This document shows, in pieces, positions 26,400-40,214 of a stretch of 64,000 nt of DNA. The translations under genes were made by a program, and so were the position numbers. How positions within the stretch are numbered: the first letter of the stretch is position 1; the number at the start of each line of letters is the position of its first letter. The notes below the pieces were generated by a model that was not told the DNA's origin, did no database searches, and saw only the letters and a list, made by a program, of their open reading frames with translations. Source of the stretch: Octopus vulgaris (lineage: Eukaryota); contig OX597840.1 of assembly GCA_951406725.2 (NCBI GenBank), forward strand, positions 3,348,001 to 3,412,000, written 5' to 3'.

Positions 26400-28600
26400 T
26401 AGACCTACTGTCTATTTAACGACAGAACACCGATATATGAGCGACATTCCCAAAATCTGTAAGTGAATCATAGTAAATCTGATGACATTGCTTTAACTTT
26501 TAGCCCTGAAAATGTCATTTAACTGTCAAGATTCACATTCTGTAAAACTGTTCTAGCAATTTCTATATTTACTACCAACTCATTTGCATTATCACATCAA
26601 ACTATTGGAATATATAGGCTAAATCGAAAAATTTCATTCCATTCTATCCCAAAATGCATTGTTAAAGATTTCTGGGTGGTCGCTTCTATTTAACTACAGA
26701 ACTGTCATTCTATCACAGAATATTCTATTCTATATAACATTTCATTGCATCCTGGACGTTATCCATCAAACGATCAACGTCTGAGTGCAGTCACAAATTT
26801 CCATTCGTCGAAAGTCTATTATAATATATAAAATTTAATTTCAATGAGCGCGGTTCCATCGACTGACAGAGCCGTCAGCTATGACACTGCATTACATTTT
26901 CTGTAGATGTAATAGAAATTTGATGCTTTTCCTCTCGCTTGAATTACATTGAAAAGCCAAGCTATCGGTAATATCATAAGATACCGTTCTTATAATCGAT
27001 GCAACACGAAGAATTTTAGATGAGCTCCGTTCCATACAACGACCAAACTGTCATCTGGGACAGAAAATACTTATTCGGCACAACTTTCATAGAATTTTGA
27101 TGTCTTCACTGTCAGTTTAATCTTTATCAACCTGTGAAACTCACTTGGAGAACGCATATTCCCATTCGCTAAAAATTCTCATTGAAATTCGATATTATTG
27201 ATTACGAGTGTAAGCATTCAAAATAAATCGAAGTAGGACTTGGAATTGTAAAAATCTTTCAAAGACCAGTAGAAATGTCAGTGCTGTGTCTCTTTCACTG
27301 AAATTCTTTATTTGTATTTATTTATTTATGTCTTTGAGTCTTTGAACAAGCAGTTAAAATACAATTTTTGATTCATATTGTTTCTTTATTCTCAACGCAC
27401 GTCATTGATTTAATATAAGACAGATTCCATGATATATATCTAACCACGGTGCCACGATATGCTTCTAAACAATATTATCCTATGCCACTAGTGTCATACT
27501 ATCGATTAGCTGTCATACGTTTTTGTATACCCATAGTCTTTTCTCTCTCTCTTTCTCCCTCTCTTCCACTTGTCCTCCGTCTCTCCCTCTCTCTCTGTGT
27601 CTCTCGTTCTTTCGCCATATAACAGCACAGGCTTGAGAGATATGACTGACACTGCAAAACCTGAAAGCGAATCTTAGAATCTTTGTTGACACTATTTCTT
27701 GTACATCCACATTCAGCACCGAAAATGTCATTTACTTGTCAAGGATCTCATTAAATGAAGCTGTTATAGCAATTTCTATAATTACTGCCAATTCATTCAC
27801 ACAATTGCATCAACAAGTGGAAATTCTTGGCAAAATAACAAAACACCATCCCATGCACATTGTAAGAGATTTCGGGGGTGGGGGTTGCTTCTGCTTAACT
27901 ACAGAACTGTCATCTATGACAGCAACTTCCATTCTTTATAACATTTCATTGCATTCTGGGTGTTTTCGAAATCGTCTGAATTCCATCAAGCGATCAACCT
28001 CTTAGCTAACTCACAAAAATCCTATTCTTCATAAGACTATTATAATACGTCGCGTGAACGCTGTTCGTTCTAATGGCAAAACTGTCAGCCATGACACAAC
28101 TTTAAATTTTCTGTCGCAACACTGGCATTTTAATGCTTCTCTCTCTCTTTCTCTCGCTCTATCCATTTCTCTCTCCTACTCTTTCTATCTATCTATATCT
28201 CTTTCCCTTTCTCTATCACTTTCTCTCTGTCTTTCTTTCCCCCTCTCTCTCGGTTTGAAATACGTCGACCAATCAAACTATCTGTAATATTACAAAACAC
28301 CATTCTCCTAATGGATGCTGTGGTATCAATTTTAGATATGCTACGTCACCTACAAACGCCGAAACGACGTCTGGGATACTAATATTCATTCTGTATGAAA
28401 TTCCATAAAAGTTTAAAATTTTATCATTTTAAAGTTTCCTTTATTTTTTTCGATTGCACTTATTTGAATTTTCACCAATAATGATAATTTCACAAATTAC
28501 CATTATGTTTAAAGGTCTCATTGAAATTCAATAGAATTATACTGCGCATTGGAAGAATATTAAATCTGAAATCTTAAAATATGCAGGACCTACTTCTGTT
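26400..28600 (+). repeat. Old diverged tandem duplication (~26400-27280 vs ~27620-28590) built from degenerate ~85-95 bp subunits
   Basis: Collinear anchors: gaaaatgtcattta at 26508/27721; ttaactacagaactgtca at 26690/27896; acatttcattgcat; tctcattgaaattc at 27177/28516. Confidence 0.8.
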
Positions 28601-28700
28601 CGAACTTCAGTCAGATGAACATCATAAGGTGCATCTTCAGCTGTCTGAGTGAAGCATTCAGTAAAATGCAGCCAGAAAATTATTATAAATTAGTGGAACT

Positions 28701-29084
28701 GGAAGCACTCCGTCGGTTACGACGACGAGGGTTCCGGTTGATCCGAATCAACGGAACAGCCTGCTCGTGAAATTAACGTGTAAGTGGCTGAGCACTCCAC
28801 AGACACGTGTACCCTTTAACGTAGTTCTCAGGGAGATTCAGCGTGACACAGAGAGTGACAAGGCCGGCCCTTTGAAATACAGGTACAACAGAAACAGGAA
28901 GTAAGAGTGAGAGAAAGTTGTGGTGAAAGAGTACAGCAGGGATCACCACCATCCCTGCCGGAGCCTCGTGGAGCTTTAGGTGTTTTCGCTCAATAAACAC
29001 TCACAACGCCCGGTCTGGGAATCGAAACCGCGATCCTACGACCGCGAGTCCGCTGCCCTAACGACTGGGCCATTGTGCCTCCAC
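28701..29084 (-). mobile_element. Near-intact tRNA-derived SINE family C with ~10-bp target-site duplication
   Basis: The minus strand has an A box (tggcccagtcgttagg) and a B box (ggtttcgattccc). It is flanked by tagtggaact (28691) and taatggaact (29085). 5' fragments occur at 29690-29793 (+) and 36945-37052 (-). Confidence 0.9.
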
Positions 29085-29269
29085 TAATGGAACTACGCGT
29101 AAGAGAAGTAAGGGGAACGAATGATGCTCGTTTACGGATGTATGATTTGAACAAACAACTGAAGAAAGTTGTATTAAGTAACGGTTATCTTACATAAGTA
29201 AGAAAAAATGCGTACTAAATGCATTCAAAATATTAACATTCAGTTTTATGTTTACTCTGTGTGTATGTA

Positions 29270-29313
<44 letters not shown>

Positions 29314-29627
29314 AATGTATGTATAAATATGTTTATGTATTTATGCATGTCAGGAACCCCGAGCTTCTATCATAGAATCCTTCAAAGAGAGGGAATCTCT
29401 GACGTACAACCTGCTGTTTCAGGTGAGAGCTCGTCAAGTCGCTTCGGTGTGTGACTAGGTGCTGAGCAGTACAAGTGTGCTGCGATCCATTATCACAGTG
29501 ATTCCATTTCTCGTTCAATCTCAGGAAATCGCTACTGTATTGAAAGAATGGAGACACGTGTAGGTCTAACCAGCTGGAAGCGCAAACTTACAAGTCTGCA
29601 CATATATGTGAATATATATTCATGTGG

Positions 29628-29690
<63 letters not shown>

Positions 29691-30346
29691 GGCGCAATGG
29701 ACCAGTGGTTAGGGGAGTGATCTCGTGGTTGTAGGATCGCGGTTTCGATTCCCAGTCCGGGCGTTGTAATTGTTTTTTGAACGAAAACACCTATATATAG
29801 CCGAAGGATTAAAATTAATCAAAGGGCATACTAAGTATGCCTACCTGCTGAAAATAAGTCAAAACACTGATATTAACTACAGAAATCAACTGTCCGCGAG
29901 CAAACCGGTTAAGACAATCTTTCAACATACATTCAAGTATTTGGACTCACGTAGACTGGTTCCTGGACAGGCAACGTAGCCATATACATGTGTTTTAAAT
30001 TGTCCTTGCTTCAGTTTTTCTTTTTATTGTAGCCATGCTTGGGCGCTGCTCTGAATAACTTTACTTGTACGACTATATATATATGTGTGTCTGTGTGTCT
30101 GTGGTTTGAATTTAGTGAGTTGTTGACTAATATTTATTATAGTATATTTAAATTTTTTCTATATAACATAGATAATGTAATTCAATATTGAATTACTTAA
30201 TACAGTTTATTTCTCTTAATTATATACATATACACATACATTTGTATATATGCCTAGATATACACATTTATATACATTCATATACATATACGTAATTTGA
30301 TAGCTATATATACATATGTATATATGCATTAATCCAAATAAGTGTG

Positions 30347-30392
<46 letters not shown>

Positions 30393-30397
<5 letters not shown>

Positions 30398-30622
30398 CTT
30401 TATTGCCCACAAGGGGATAAACAGAGGGAGGACAAACAATGACAGACAAACGGATTAAGTCGATTTATCGACCCCAGTGCATAACTGGTACTTAATTTAT
30501 CGACCCCGAAAGGATGAAAGGCAAAGTCGACCTCGGCGGAATTTGAACTCACAACGTAACGGCAGACGAAATACCGCTAAGCATTTCGCCCGGCGTGCTA
30601 ACGGTTCTGCCAGCTCGCCGCC
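30393..30622 (-). mobile_element. Intact SINE family B (MetaSINE-like)
   Basis: The minus strand has head ggcggcgagctggcaga, B box gagttcaaattcc, a Meta-domain-like gcctttcatcctttcggggtcgataaattaagtaccag, and an A-rich tail. Confidence 0.9.
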
Positions 30623-31147
30623 ATATATATATACTAATATGTATGTGTATAAATAATGGCACAGACATACATGAACATACACATAAGTGTGCCTATGTGT
30701 ATCTATGAAGGCACGTATCTATGCATATATGTAAGCATTTATGTATGCCCGGAGTGAACTAAGGCTTGAAATTGGAAGCCGTTATATCGCATAACAGCGA
30801 CAGAGGGGGAAAATGCCGATTCTATGTTTCTTTCATTAGAATTTCGCCTAAACAATGTGCGAAAATACCATCTTGTTCTCAGAATACCATTCTTGAAAAC
30901 ATATTGAATTCTGATTGTCTTCGATTATTTAATCTCACACAACAAAATGTCGGCGCGCTGCGAGAGTTCCATATCGTTTGGATTCATTGGAAATACCACC
31001 TAAGACATATGTGTCAGCATATATCGGAGTGCATTATATACGTGTACATATATATATATATGTATATACATATATATATATGTATATATATATATGTGTG
31101 TGTGTATATATGTATATATATATACATACATACATATATATACACAC

Positions 31148-31178
<31 letters not shown>

Positions 31179-31340
31179 CACATATATATAAATATACATA
31201 TACATATATATATATACATATATATATACACACATATATATATATATACATACACATATATGTGCGTGTATATCTAGCTAGTATATATACGCCTATGCAT
31301 ACATATGTGTGCTTATAGGCATTTCAATATCCACTTATAT

Positions 31341-31411
<71 letters not shown>

Positions 31412-31461
31412 TGTGTGTCTGTATATATATGTATATATATATATATATATATAGTTAGATA

Positions 31462-31515
<54 letters not shown>

Positions 31516-31629
31516 CATTTATGTATATATAGACCTCTGCAAATATGTATATGTACACACACTATAAATACATATATATGTATGTATTTACGTACGTATG
31601 TATATATGTGTATGTATATAAACCAATAA

Positions 31630-31680
31630 CTATACATTGTAATCAAGGTGTGCAGGCAGGTCTTCAATTCCATCTTCCTT
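31630..31680 (-). CDS. Candidate terminal coding exon (phase 0: [16 protein letters not shown])
   Basis: About 75 nt of AG-free pyrimidine-rich sequence ending ctacttggcag, then a 51-nt GC-richer island ending in TAG, surrounded by microsatellite. Confidence 0.45.
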   Translation of the reverse strand, partial: KEDGIEDLPAHLDYNV

Positions 31681-32248
31681 CTGCCAAGTAGCAATACCAA
31701 AGAGCAGGATGTTGAAGAACACAACGCGAAAAATAAACCGAAAAAAAACAAAGCAAAAACAACTACATAGCAAAATATCATAAACCTCTTGTTTATAAAT
31801 AAAACAAACAAACAAAACAGACAAACAATTAAATATATAAATATATACATAAACAAATAAAGAGCTGAGGTTTTTTATGTATAGAATTTCGGATTCATTT
31901 TCGGTTAGGTTACATTTTCTAAGCTACCATTTTATAGACAGATCTTTTATATATGTATTAATTTATATATTTTTTTGTTTCCTTTATTTATTTGTTTACT
32001 GCCATTCTCTTCAATCGAGAACATACTACGAAAATCAGAGATTGTTTTTTTTTTTATGTGGTATTTTTATCATTTTTGTTATTTTTAAGGTTTCTTTTTT
32101 TTTATTTCTGTTATCGTTTTTACGATTTGTTATTTTTTTTATTATTTACTTTATGCTATTAAATATTATTTTATTGTTACTTTTTATTGCTTGGGATATT
32201 TTATGTAGTTTTTCTTATACGTCTTGCGTTTCTTTCTACGGAGTGTGC

Positions 32249-32282
<34 letters not shown>

Positions 32283-32394
32283 ATATATATATATGTATGT
32301 ATATGCCTGTATATACGTATGTTTATATATCTACGTACCAAAAATACCAGAAACGCCAGCCAAAGATTTTCGCTTCCTCGGCTGTCTGTGATTG

Positions 32395-32438
<44 letters not shown>

Positions 32439-32557
32439 TATATACTTATATATACATATAAATGCATATACATACATATATATACATATATATATATACT
32501 TATATATACATATAAATGCACATACATACATATAAATATACATATACATATATATAT

Positions 32558-32601
<44 letters not shown>

Positions 32602-33160
32602 GCATGTATGCATATATACATATATATATACACACAAATATATATACATATGTATATGTGTATAAAAACATATAGATGCAAATATATATATGCAGTTATA
32701 TGTTGTGTATTACTATTTGTTCATTGAAGCGTATGTGTGTAAATATATGTGTTTATATATGTGCGTATATTGTTCTTCCTATATCCCTGTGTATGCATAA
32801 GTATCTCTATTTTACAGTACGTATACTTTGGCTTGTTCTCCCGGTTCCGTGTCCTTTCGTAGCCTCCATATATATTTTATGTTGGTTGTTGGGGTTTTTT
32901 TTCCCTCGAACCTTTTATTTGTAATTCTGACTACTCTGTACACAATATAAATATACATAAATACAAACATACATATGTATATGTATGTATGATTATTTAT
33001 ATACATATATGTGTGCATACGTGTACTTGTATCTGTATATGTGTGTATGTATAGAAATATATAACAATATCTAACTATCTATTTCTTTCTCGATCTCACT
33101 CTCTCTCTCTCTAAATATATATATATATATATATATATGCATGTATATATATGTATGTGC

Positions 33161-33191
<31 letters not shown>

Positions 33192-33261
33192 TCTACATAC
33201 ATATATATATATATGTATGTATGTGTATATATATATATATATGAATGATGGCATATGATTT

Positions 33262-33299
33262 TCAACGGTTTTGGTTGGACACAATAAAAACGAACGGCT
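33262..33299 (-). CDS. Candidate alternative exon ([12 protein letters not shown] in the frame that closes)
   Basis: Strong acceptor ttttgttattttatttccgccag followed by a short unique island. No clear donor; phase uncertain. Confidence 0.3.
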
Positions 33300-33347
33300 C
33301 TGGCGGAAATAAAATAACAAAAATGGAGAAACGACGAAAGTAATAAC

Positions 33348-33420
<73 letters not shown>

Positions 33421-33543
33421 GTAATAAAAATATCTGCAATAAAAAGAAAAGGTAAAAAAGACATAATAAAAGCGATCTAGCATAGGATGAATTAAAGAAA
33501 AGCTTTCTTACTTATTCGCCAGTTACTAAACAACGTACGTAAG

Positions 33544-33608
<65 letters not shown>

Positions 33609-33653
33609 TACATACATATATATATATATATATTATATACATACATATATATA

Positions 33654-33697
<44 letters not shown>

Positions 33698-33715
33698 GCA
33701 TGTACACACACACAC

Positions 33716-33759
<44 letters not shown>

Positions 33760-34060
33760 GACTAATATTATATAAGTGATTGCCTTATCGTACGCAGTGC
33801 ATTATTCTTGCTCTAGTTTCGGTTCAACTTTTCCGTGATTCTTAGGGGTTTTTTTCTTTAATTTACTTGTTTTCTCTTGAACTCTGTTATTTCTTCACAC
33901 AGTCGTAGCTGTCAAATTTCTAATTAATTTAATTTATTTATTTAATTACTTTTCAATTTTCTTATTGATCAGCTTCTGTGCTTTATCAGATCTCAGTTGC
34001 GATATATATGCCGTGTGAAAAACATGTTCGTACACACACACACATACGTGCACTCTCACA

Positions 34061-34095
<35 letters not shown>

Positions 34096-34164
34096 CACAT
34101 ATAAGTTTATATACATACACCAACATACATGTGTACATACATATATATATATATGTGTGTGTGT

Positions 34165-34216
<52 letters not shown>

Positions 34217-34814
34217 CGCTTGTGTGTACATATATACGAATATATATAGTCATACAGAAATATTTGTATGTGTATATATAGCAACATACATGAATATATT
34301 TTATAAACATATCGAGTTATACACACACACAAATACACACACAAACCTGTGTTTGTATCTGTGCATTCCATTCTCATTTCTTTGGTAAGTTCCTCCATAA
34401 TTCTTTATTTTTTTTTTACTTTGTGACAGAGAGAGGTCAGAAAAGAAATGGCGGCTGATTTTCCTCTTTTTTTTTTTTTTTCGTTTTCTGTTGTTTTTGT
34501 TTTTGTTTGTTTGTTTGCTTTTTTTTTTTTTACTTGGCTTAATATTTTCTCTGATGTTTGGTCTACCTTGCTGTTTATTGTTCAGATCAGTGGAACATAC
34601 AGCCTGTTATTTCCTCGTCAATATAACCATATGGACACGCATGCATATACATACATACATACATACATACATACATACATACATACATACATACCTGTGC
34701 GTGTTTGCGTGTATGTGTGTGTGTAGTATTTATAAATGTGTATGTTAGTATCTGAATATATAACTCACATAGAAGCCATTAATTCGTCAGCGAAGATCCA
34801 AAGTACTATATATA

Positions 34815-34894
<80 letters not shown>

Positions 34895-35040
34895 TATTTG
34901 TGTATATATACATATGATCAGAGCAGTCGCAATATGTATATATTTTACGCTCCACCACAAATATCCAACGAAGATTGCAGAAAATGTCCATACCACACTT
35001 AACTGCTAAAGGTACACGAGCTTGCGCACACAGGCAAATG

Positions 35041-35077
<37 letters not shown>

Positions 35078-35297
35078 ACACACACTCTCGCTTTTCCTCT
35101 CTCATACACAGCCACATACAGACACACACACACAGATTGGCACACATGCAAACTCCACAGACGTAAGTACACTTACTCATACGCCTGGCTACCTTCATAC
35201 ACACAGCCATAGTTAGATACACTTGCATAGATGTTGGAATTTCTCAGAAGAGGAAACATTTACGACATAGGCGAACATTTACAGGGACACAGATGCA

Positions 35298-35330
<33 letters not shown>

Positions 35331-35550
35331 CACGCTCACACACATACACACGCGAAACATCTAATAAAAGTATAAAGTAAATATCTGTAGGCTACTTTCT
35401 AGAGACCTCTACTTATGGCTTCTTCTCTCATCCTCTTTATCTATATATACATATGAATATGTGTGTGCACGTGTGGGTTTAATGTATATATATATACATA
35501 TATATCATCAACTTCATATATTGAAGAGGTCACAGGATGTATGACGATAG

Positions 35551-35602
<52 letters not shown>

Positions 35603-35647
35603 CAACCACACAAAGATACATATTTACCCAGAAGTGACTGTACAGCA

Positions 35648-35767
<120 letters not shown>

Positions 35768-35804
35768 TATATATATATTTATAGATATATATTTATATAT
35801 ATAC

Positions 35805-35860
<56 letters not shown>

Positions 35861-36119
35861 TTGTTCGACTAAGACTCTTCAAAGCCGTGCTCCAGCATGA
35901 CCTCTCTCCAGTTTGTGAAATAAATAAAACATTATACACACACACACACACACACACAAACACTTCTTTATACGCACATATACATACACACACACAAAGA
36001 CACATATATACCCAGAAGTGACTATACAGCAGAATATATATATTTCCTTACCACTACTTTTCTCTTCCTCCTTCTTCACCCCCCTCCGAAATCTACCTAG
36101 ATATATCTCTCTGTCCGGT

Positions 36120-36319
36120 CATAGCATTCTAGATTTAGCCATGATAGACCGCTAGTCACTACACATCCTGTATTTTCTCTACTTGTTTCTTTGTGTGTTT
36201 CTCTGGAAGAGCGTAGGCTCGAAACGTTAAATAATCTTTCACTTCCCAAGCGTTAAACCAATACATGTTTGTTGCCTACACCACCTGTCTTCGCCCTTTG
36301 TCTTTTTTTGTGAATGCTC

Positions 36320-36325
<6 letters not shown>
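36120..36325 (+). mobile_element. Short Penelope-pLTR-like repeat with hammerhead-like motif (36198-36232)
   Basis: ctggaagagcgtaggctcgaaacgtt. Homologous copies at 63410-63650 (+), 60350-60490 (-) and a fragment at 38530-38578. Confidence 0.55.
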
Positions 36326-36367
<42 letters not shown>

Positions 36368-36463
36368 CAGACAGAGAAAGACAGAAACAAGGAAAATGCC
36401 ACTTATCTTTGAACACTATACAAATATTCTTTTAATTTTTCTAAATTTAATTATTTAATTGTT

Positions 36464-36502
36464 ACAATTGAAAAGGTCTCAAATGACCGAAACCGGTACT
36501 GA
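36464..36502 (+). ncRNA. Minimal variant hammerhead-like motif
   Basis: TTGAAAA GGTC tcaaat GACC GAAA CCGG TA: 4-bp helix II, palindromic helix III ACCGGT and a GUA triplet. The core deviates from CUGANGA. Confidence 0.45.
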
Positions 36503-36549
36503 AATGTTCTTTATAAAATTATTTTAGCATTTTCTATCTTGACTTGTTT

Positions 36550-36594
<45 letters not shown>

Positions 36595-36908
36595 TCTGAC
36601 TTTGATATTTCTCTTTGTTCCTTTCTCTCTCTCCCCTCTCACTTTTCCCTCTGTGTATCTCTCTGTCTATCTATAACTCTGCAAGACTAACAAACACTGT
36701 GATACGTGTCACTTTCCCTCCCTCTCTCAATCTGTCTGGTTTTTCTCTTTGTCCCTTTCTGTTTTCTAATGCTTCACCACTGCTTTTATAACTGGTCGTA
36801 TAGTCTACTTGAAAGTCAGGTGGTTGTGTAGTAAGGAGCGTATGGCAAGTATCTTCTACTATAGCCCCGGGGCGACCAAAACCTTATGAGTGGATTTGGT
36901 GGATGGAG

Positions 36909-36941
<33 letters not shown>

Positions 36942-37093
36942 CTGCCGGAGCATCGTGGAGCTCTATTTTTTTCGCTCAATAAATACTGACAACTCCCGGT
37001 CTGGGAATCGAAACCGCGAGTACGCTACCCTAACCACTGGGCCATTGCGCCTCATACACGCACACACACACACATACACACACACACACACAT

Positions 37094-37132
<39 letters not shown>

Positions 37133-37158
37133 CGTACACACACACACACGCACACACA

Positions 37159-37196
<38 letters not shown>

Positions 37197-37667
37197 TCGT
37201 ATCAGACCACCTGTTCTTCCGACACCCGGTCTCCTTCTCTATTCCTATATTGATTTGCCCGACAAATAATCATCTGATCCATTGATCTATCTTCTTTTCT
37301 GTCTGTTTACCTGTTTATCAATACATCTATCTACTCAACTACATAACCTTATACGTATCAATCTGTGCACCTAACTTGTCATTAACACTTCTACGTGTAT
37401 TTTAGATCTATAACTATTTTTCGATTGATCCATAAAGCGATAGATATATGTAACAACATATATATATATACAAGCTTTTATGTGTATCTATACGTTTTAT
37501 GAATTTACACTATATATATATATATATATATATACGAGTGTAAGTATGTGTGTATTTATGCAAGCACATATCTATGTACTTATATATGCATTTACGTATG
37601 CGAGTATCTATGTATATGGGTATGTATCTTTCCATGTGTGTGTATGAGTGTGTGTCTGTGTGTGGAA

Positions 37668-37730
37668 CTATTTTCTTGCAGCTTCACTGACTGATTCACG
37701 CCGCAACGAGTTTTCAGTTAAAATCCTTGC
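37668..37730 (-). CDS. Candidate exon (phase 0: ARILTENSLRRESVSEAARK*)
   Basis: Acceptor gtttcgtttcacgctattccaatcctcag, then 63 nt open to TAG. A possible internal donor (tca/gtcagt) would give a 39-nt cassette. Confidence 0.4.
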   Translation of the reverse strand, partial: ARILTENSLRRESVSEAARK

Positions 37731-38264
37731 CTGAGGATTGGAATAGCGTGAAACGAAACCCGCGAAATGATAATTCCGTTTCAATAAAGAATTGATGCTG
37801 CAACATGTATTGGGAACGCATCGCTCATTTGTTCGACACAATTCACGACATTTACGTACACACACACACATATATATATATATATTACATACACACACAT
37901 AACCTGGACGAGACGGAAAAATAATCACACGCAAGATGACAGCAACTGTAACAAATCTCTTTTTCTTTACTCTCTTTTCTTATATTTCTCTCTCTTAACT
38001 CAGTATGGCCGAACGTTTGGTGATCTACGTTTTTTATACTATTCGCCGATCAGTTTTGATATTATTGAATTTTGCGAACGTTTAATCATTTAAACATATT
38101 TTCTACTTCGGAATTTAAATTTTATTTTAAATCCCATATGCTTATACCACTGATGCTTATTCCACGAAAAATTGCTGAAACTAATTTGGTTTGTAAATAA
38201 AGTTATTTAAAAATAATTACAAGTTTTTTCAAACTCAGGTGCATTTTCAAAAACAAAATGTTTA

Positions 38265-38373
<109 letters not shown>

Positions 38374-38581
38374 AACTCTCTCATGCACCAAATGGCAGTT
38401 GCTAAAAAGCGTTCGTGAAGTAAAATCATGTAGCAACACCAAATGGCGTTGCCCCAGCATGGCCACAGCTCGTGAGCTGAAACTAAATAAAATAAAAAAT
38501 AAATAAATTCATTTTTAAAAAAATATTTCCGTAAACCTGCCTTCGTCTTTTGTCTATTTTCATAAAGCTTCCCGTTATATA

Positions 38582-38622
<41 letters not shown>

Positions 38623-38624
38623 AC

Positions 38625-38723
<99 letters not shown>

Positions 38724-39029
38724 TGTGTGTATGTATGTGTGTATATATGTATTGGGGGATACGGTTAATATGAAGGTAGTTTAAGTTGAAATGTCTTTCC
38801 AGTAGAAACCAACAGTCTGGTAGTTCGATGAGGACGTTTCTGCCGTCATGGGAAACCGTTTTATGCTACTTTTCAACGATGTTTCAATCAAGTTCAGGTA
38901 CATTTTCATCAAGTAGCCCCAAGGGCTTCCGTTTAATTAAGATTCTAAAGTAAAATTTCACTTTAAAGGAACATTCATTTAGTTCACTAAATATTCGATT
39001 CAGAAATGAAATATTTTCCGTGTTCGTTT

Positions 39030-39450
39030 TTTATTCTTTATTATTCTACTTGTTCCACTCATTGCATTACAGCCATGCTGGGGAAACCCCTTGGTCGTTT
39101 AGTCGAACAGATCGACTAATTCAGTTACTGTTTTCTTTAAAGAGTGATATTGATTATATTGCTGTCTTTGCTGGAGTGCTAGGTTAGTTATAGGGGTGTA
39201 AACAAACCAGCACCTGTTGTCAAGAAATGTTGAGACTAACACAGACACAGGCATTCATAGACATATACATGCGTGTGTGCGTATGTGCGTGTGTGTGTGT
39301 GTTTGTGTGGCCAGCTTCCTTATAGTTTCTGTGCACCTGGTTCACTTCCAATTTATTGGATGGTATAGTACTATAATGAAGACACTTTCGCAAGATGCCG
39401 GTGAATGGTATTCAACTGGAAATCACTTATTCACGAACGGCTGTGGGTAC
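39030..39450 (-). mobile_element. SINE family A, highly degenerate
   Basis: cagccatgctgggg...tagtcgaacagatcgac...aaccagcacc.gttgtcaag...gaagacactt. Confidence 0.6.
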
Positions 39451-39502
39451 CATCAATAAGAAAAAGCTGAAGTACGTTTGAATCAACTTCTGTGTATGTA
39501 TG

Positions 39503-39610
<108 letters not shown>

Positions 39611-40171
39611 CATATATATGTATGTATGTATATACATATATGCGTGCGTGAATATATATGTAGATATATATACATGTGTATAAATATATAAATATATAAT
39701 GTATTTATGTATATGTATATATATATATATTATGCTCGATATTGATGGACTCTTACACAAGACGGCCAATCAATAGACCTCAACCATCACCGATTCTCAA
39801 AACCGAAGTAAGAACATGAATCTTATTGATATTCCTGACTAGCTGACTGTTTGATCGTCTGTCTTTCTCTCTTAAGCACAAATATATGTAAATATATGCA
39901 TACGCACACATATATACACACACGCACACACATCTGTATATGTATATATATATATGTATATATATATAATGTATATATATATATATGTTCATGCGTATAT
40001 AAATATATATATACGCTATATATACATTTATATATATATATATACATACGCACGCACATATATAAACGCTATATATACTTATATATATACACACATATAC
40101 TTATTATTAAATTTGTATATATATATATATATATACTTACACATACTTATATATATGCACCTACATACACA

Positions 40172-40214
<43 letters not shown>

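Noticed and set aside
26400-28600. C2H2 zinc-finger or protocadherin pseudogene
   Set aside because: No TGEKP/CxxC or DxNDN motifs were recoverable in the frames examined, and the period is not a steady 84 bp.
29005-29084. tRNA gene (also the heads at 53897, 30622 and 44291)
   Set aside because: The A/B boxes continue into multi-copy SINE bodies with tails or TSDs, and there is no complete cloverleaf.
31680-31703. miR-9-like sequence (minus strand tctttggtattgctac)
   Set aside because: Only the seed matches and there is no complementary arm. It is better explained as part of a polypyrimidine tract.
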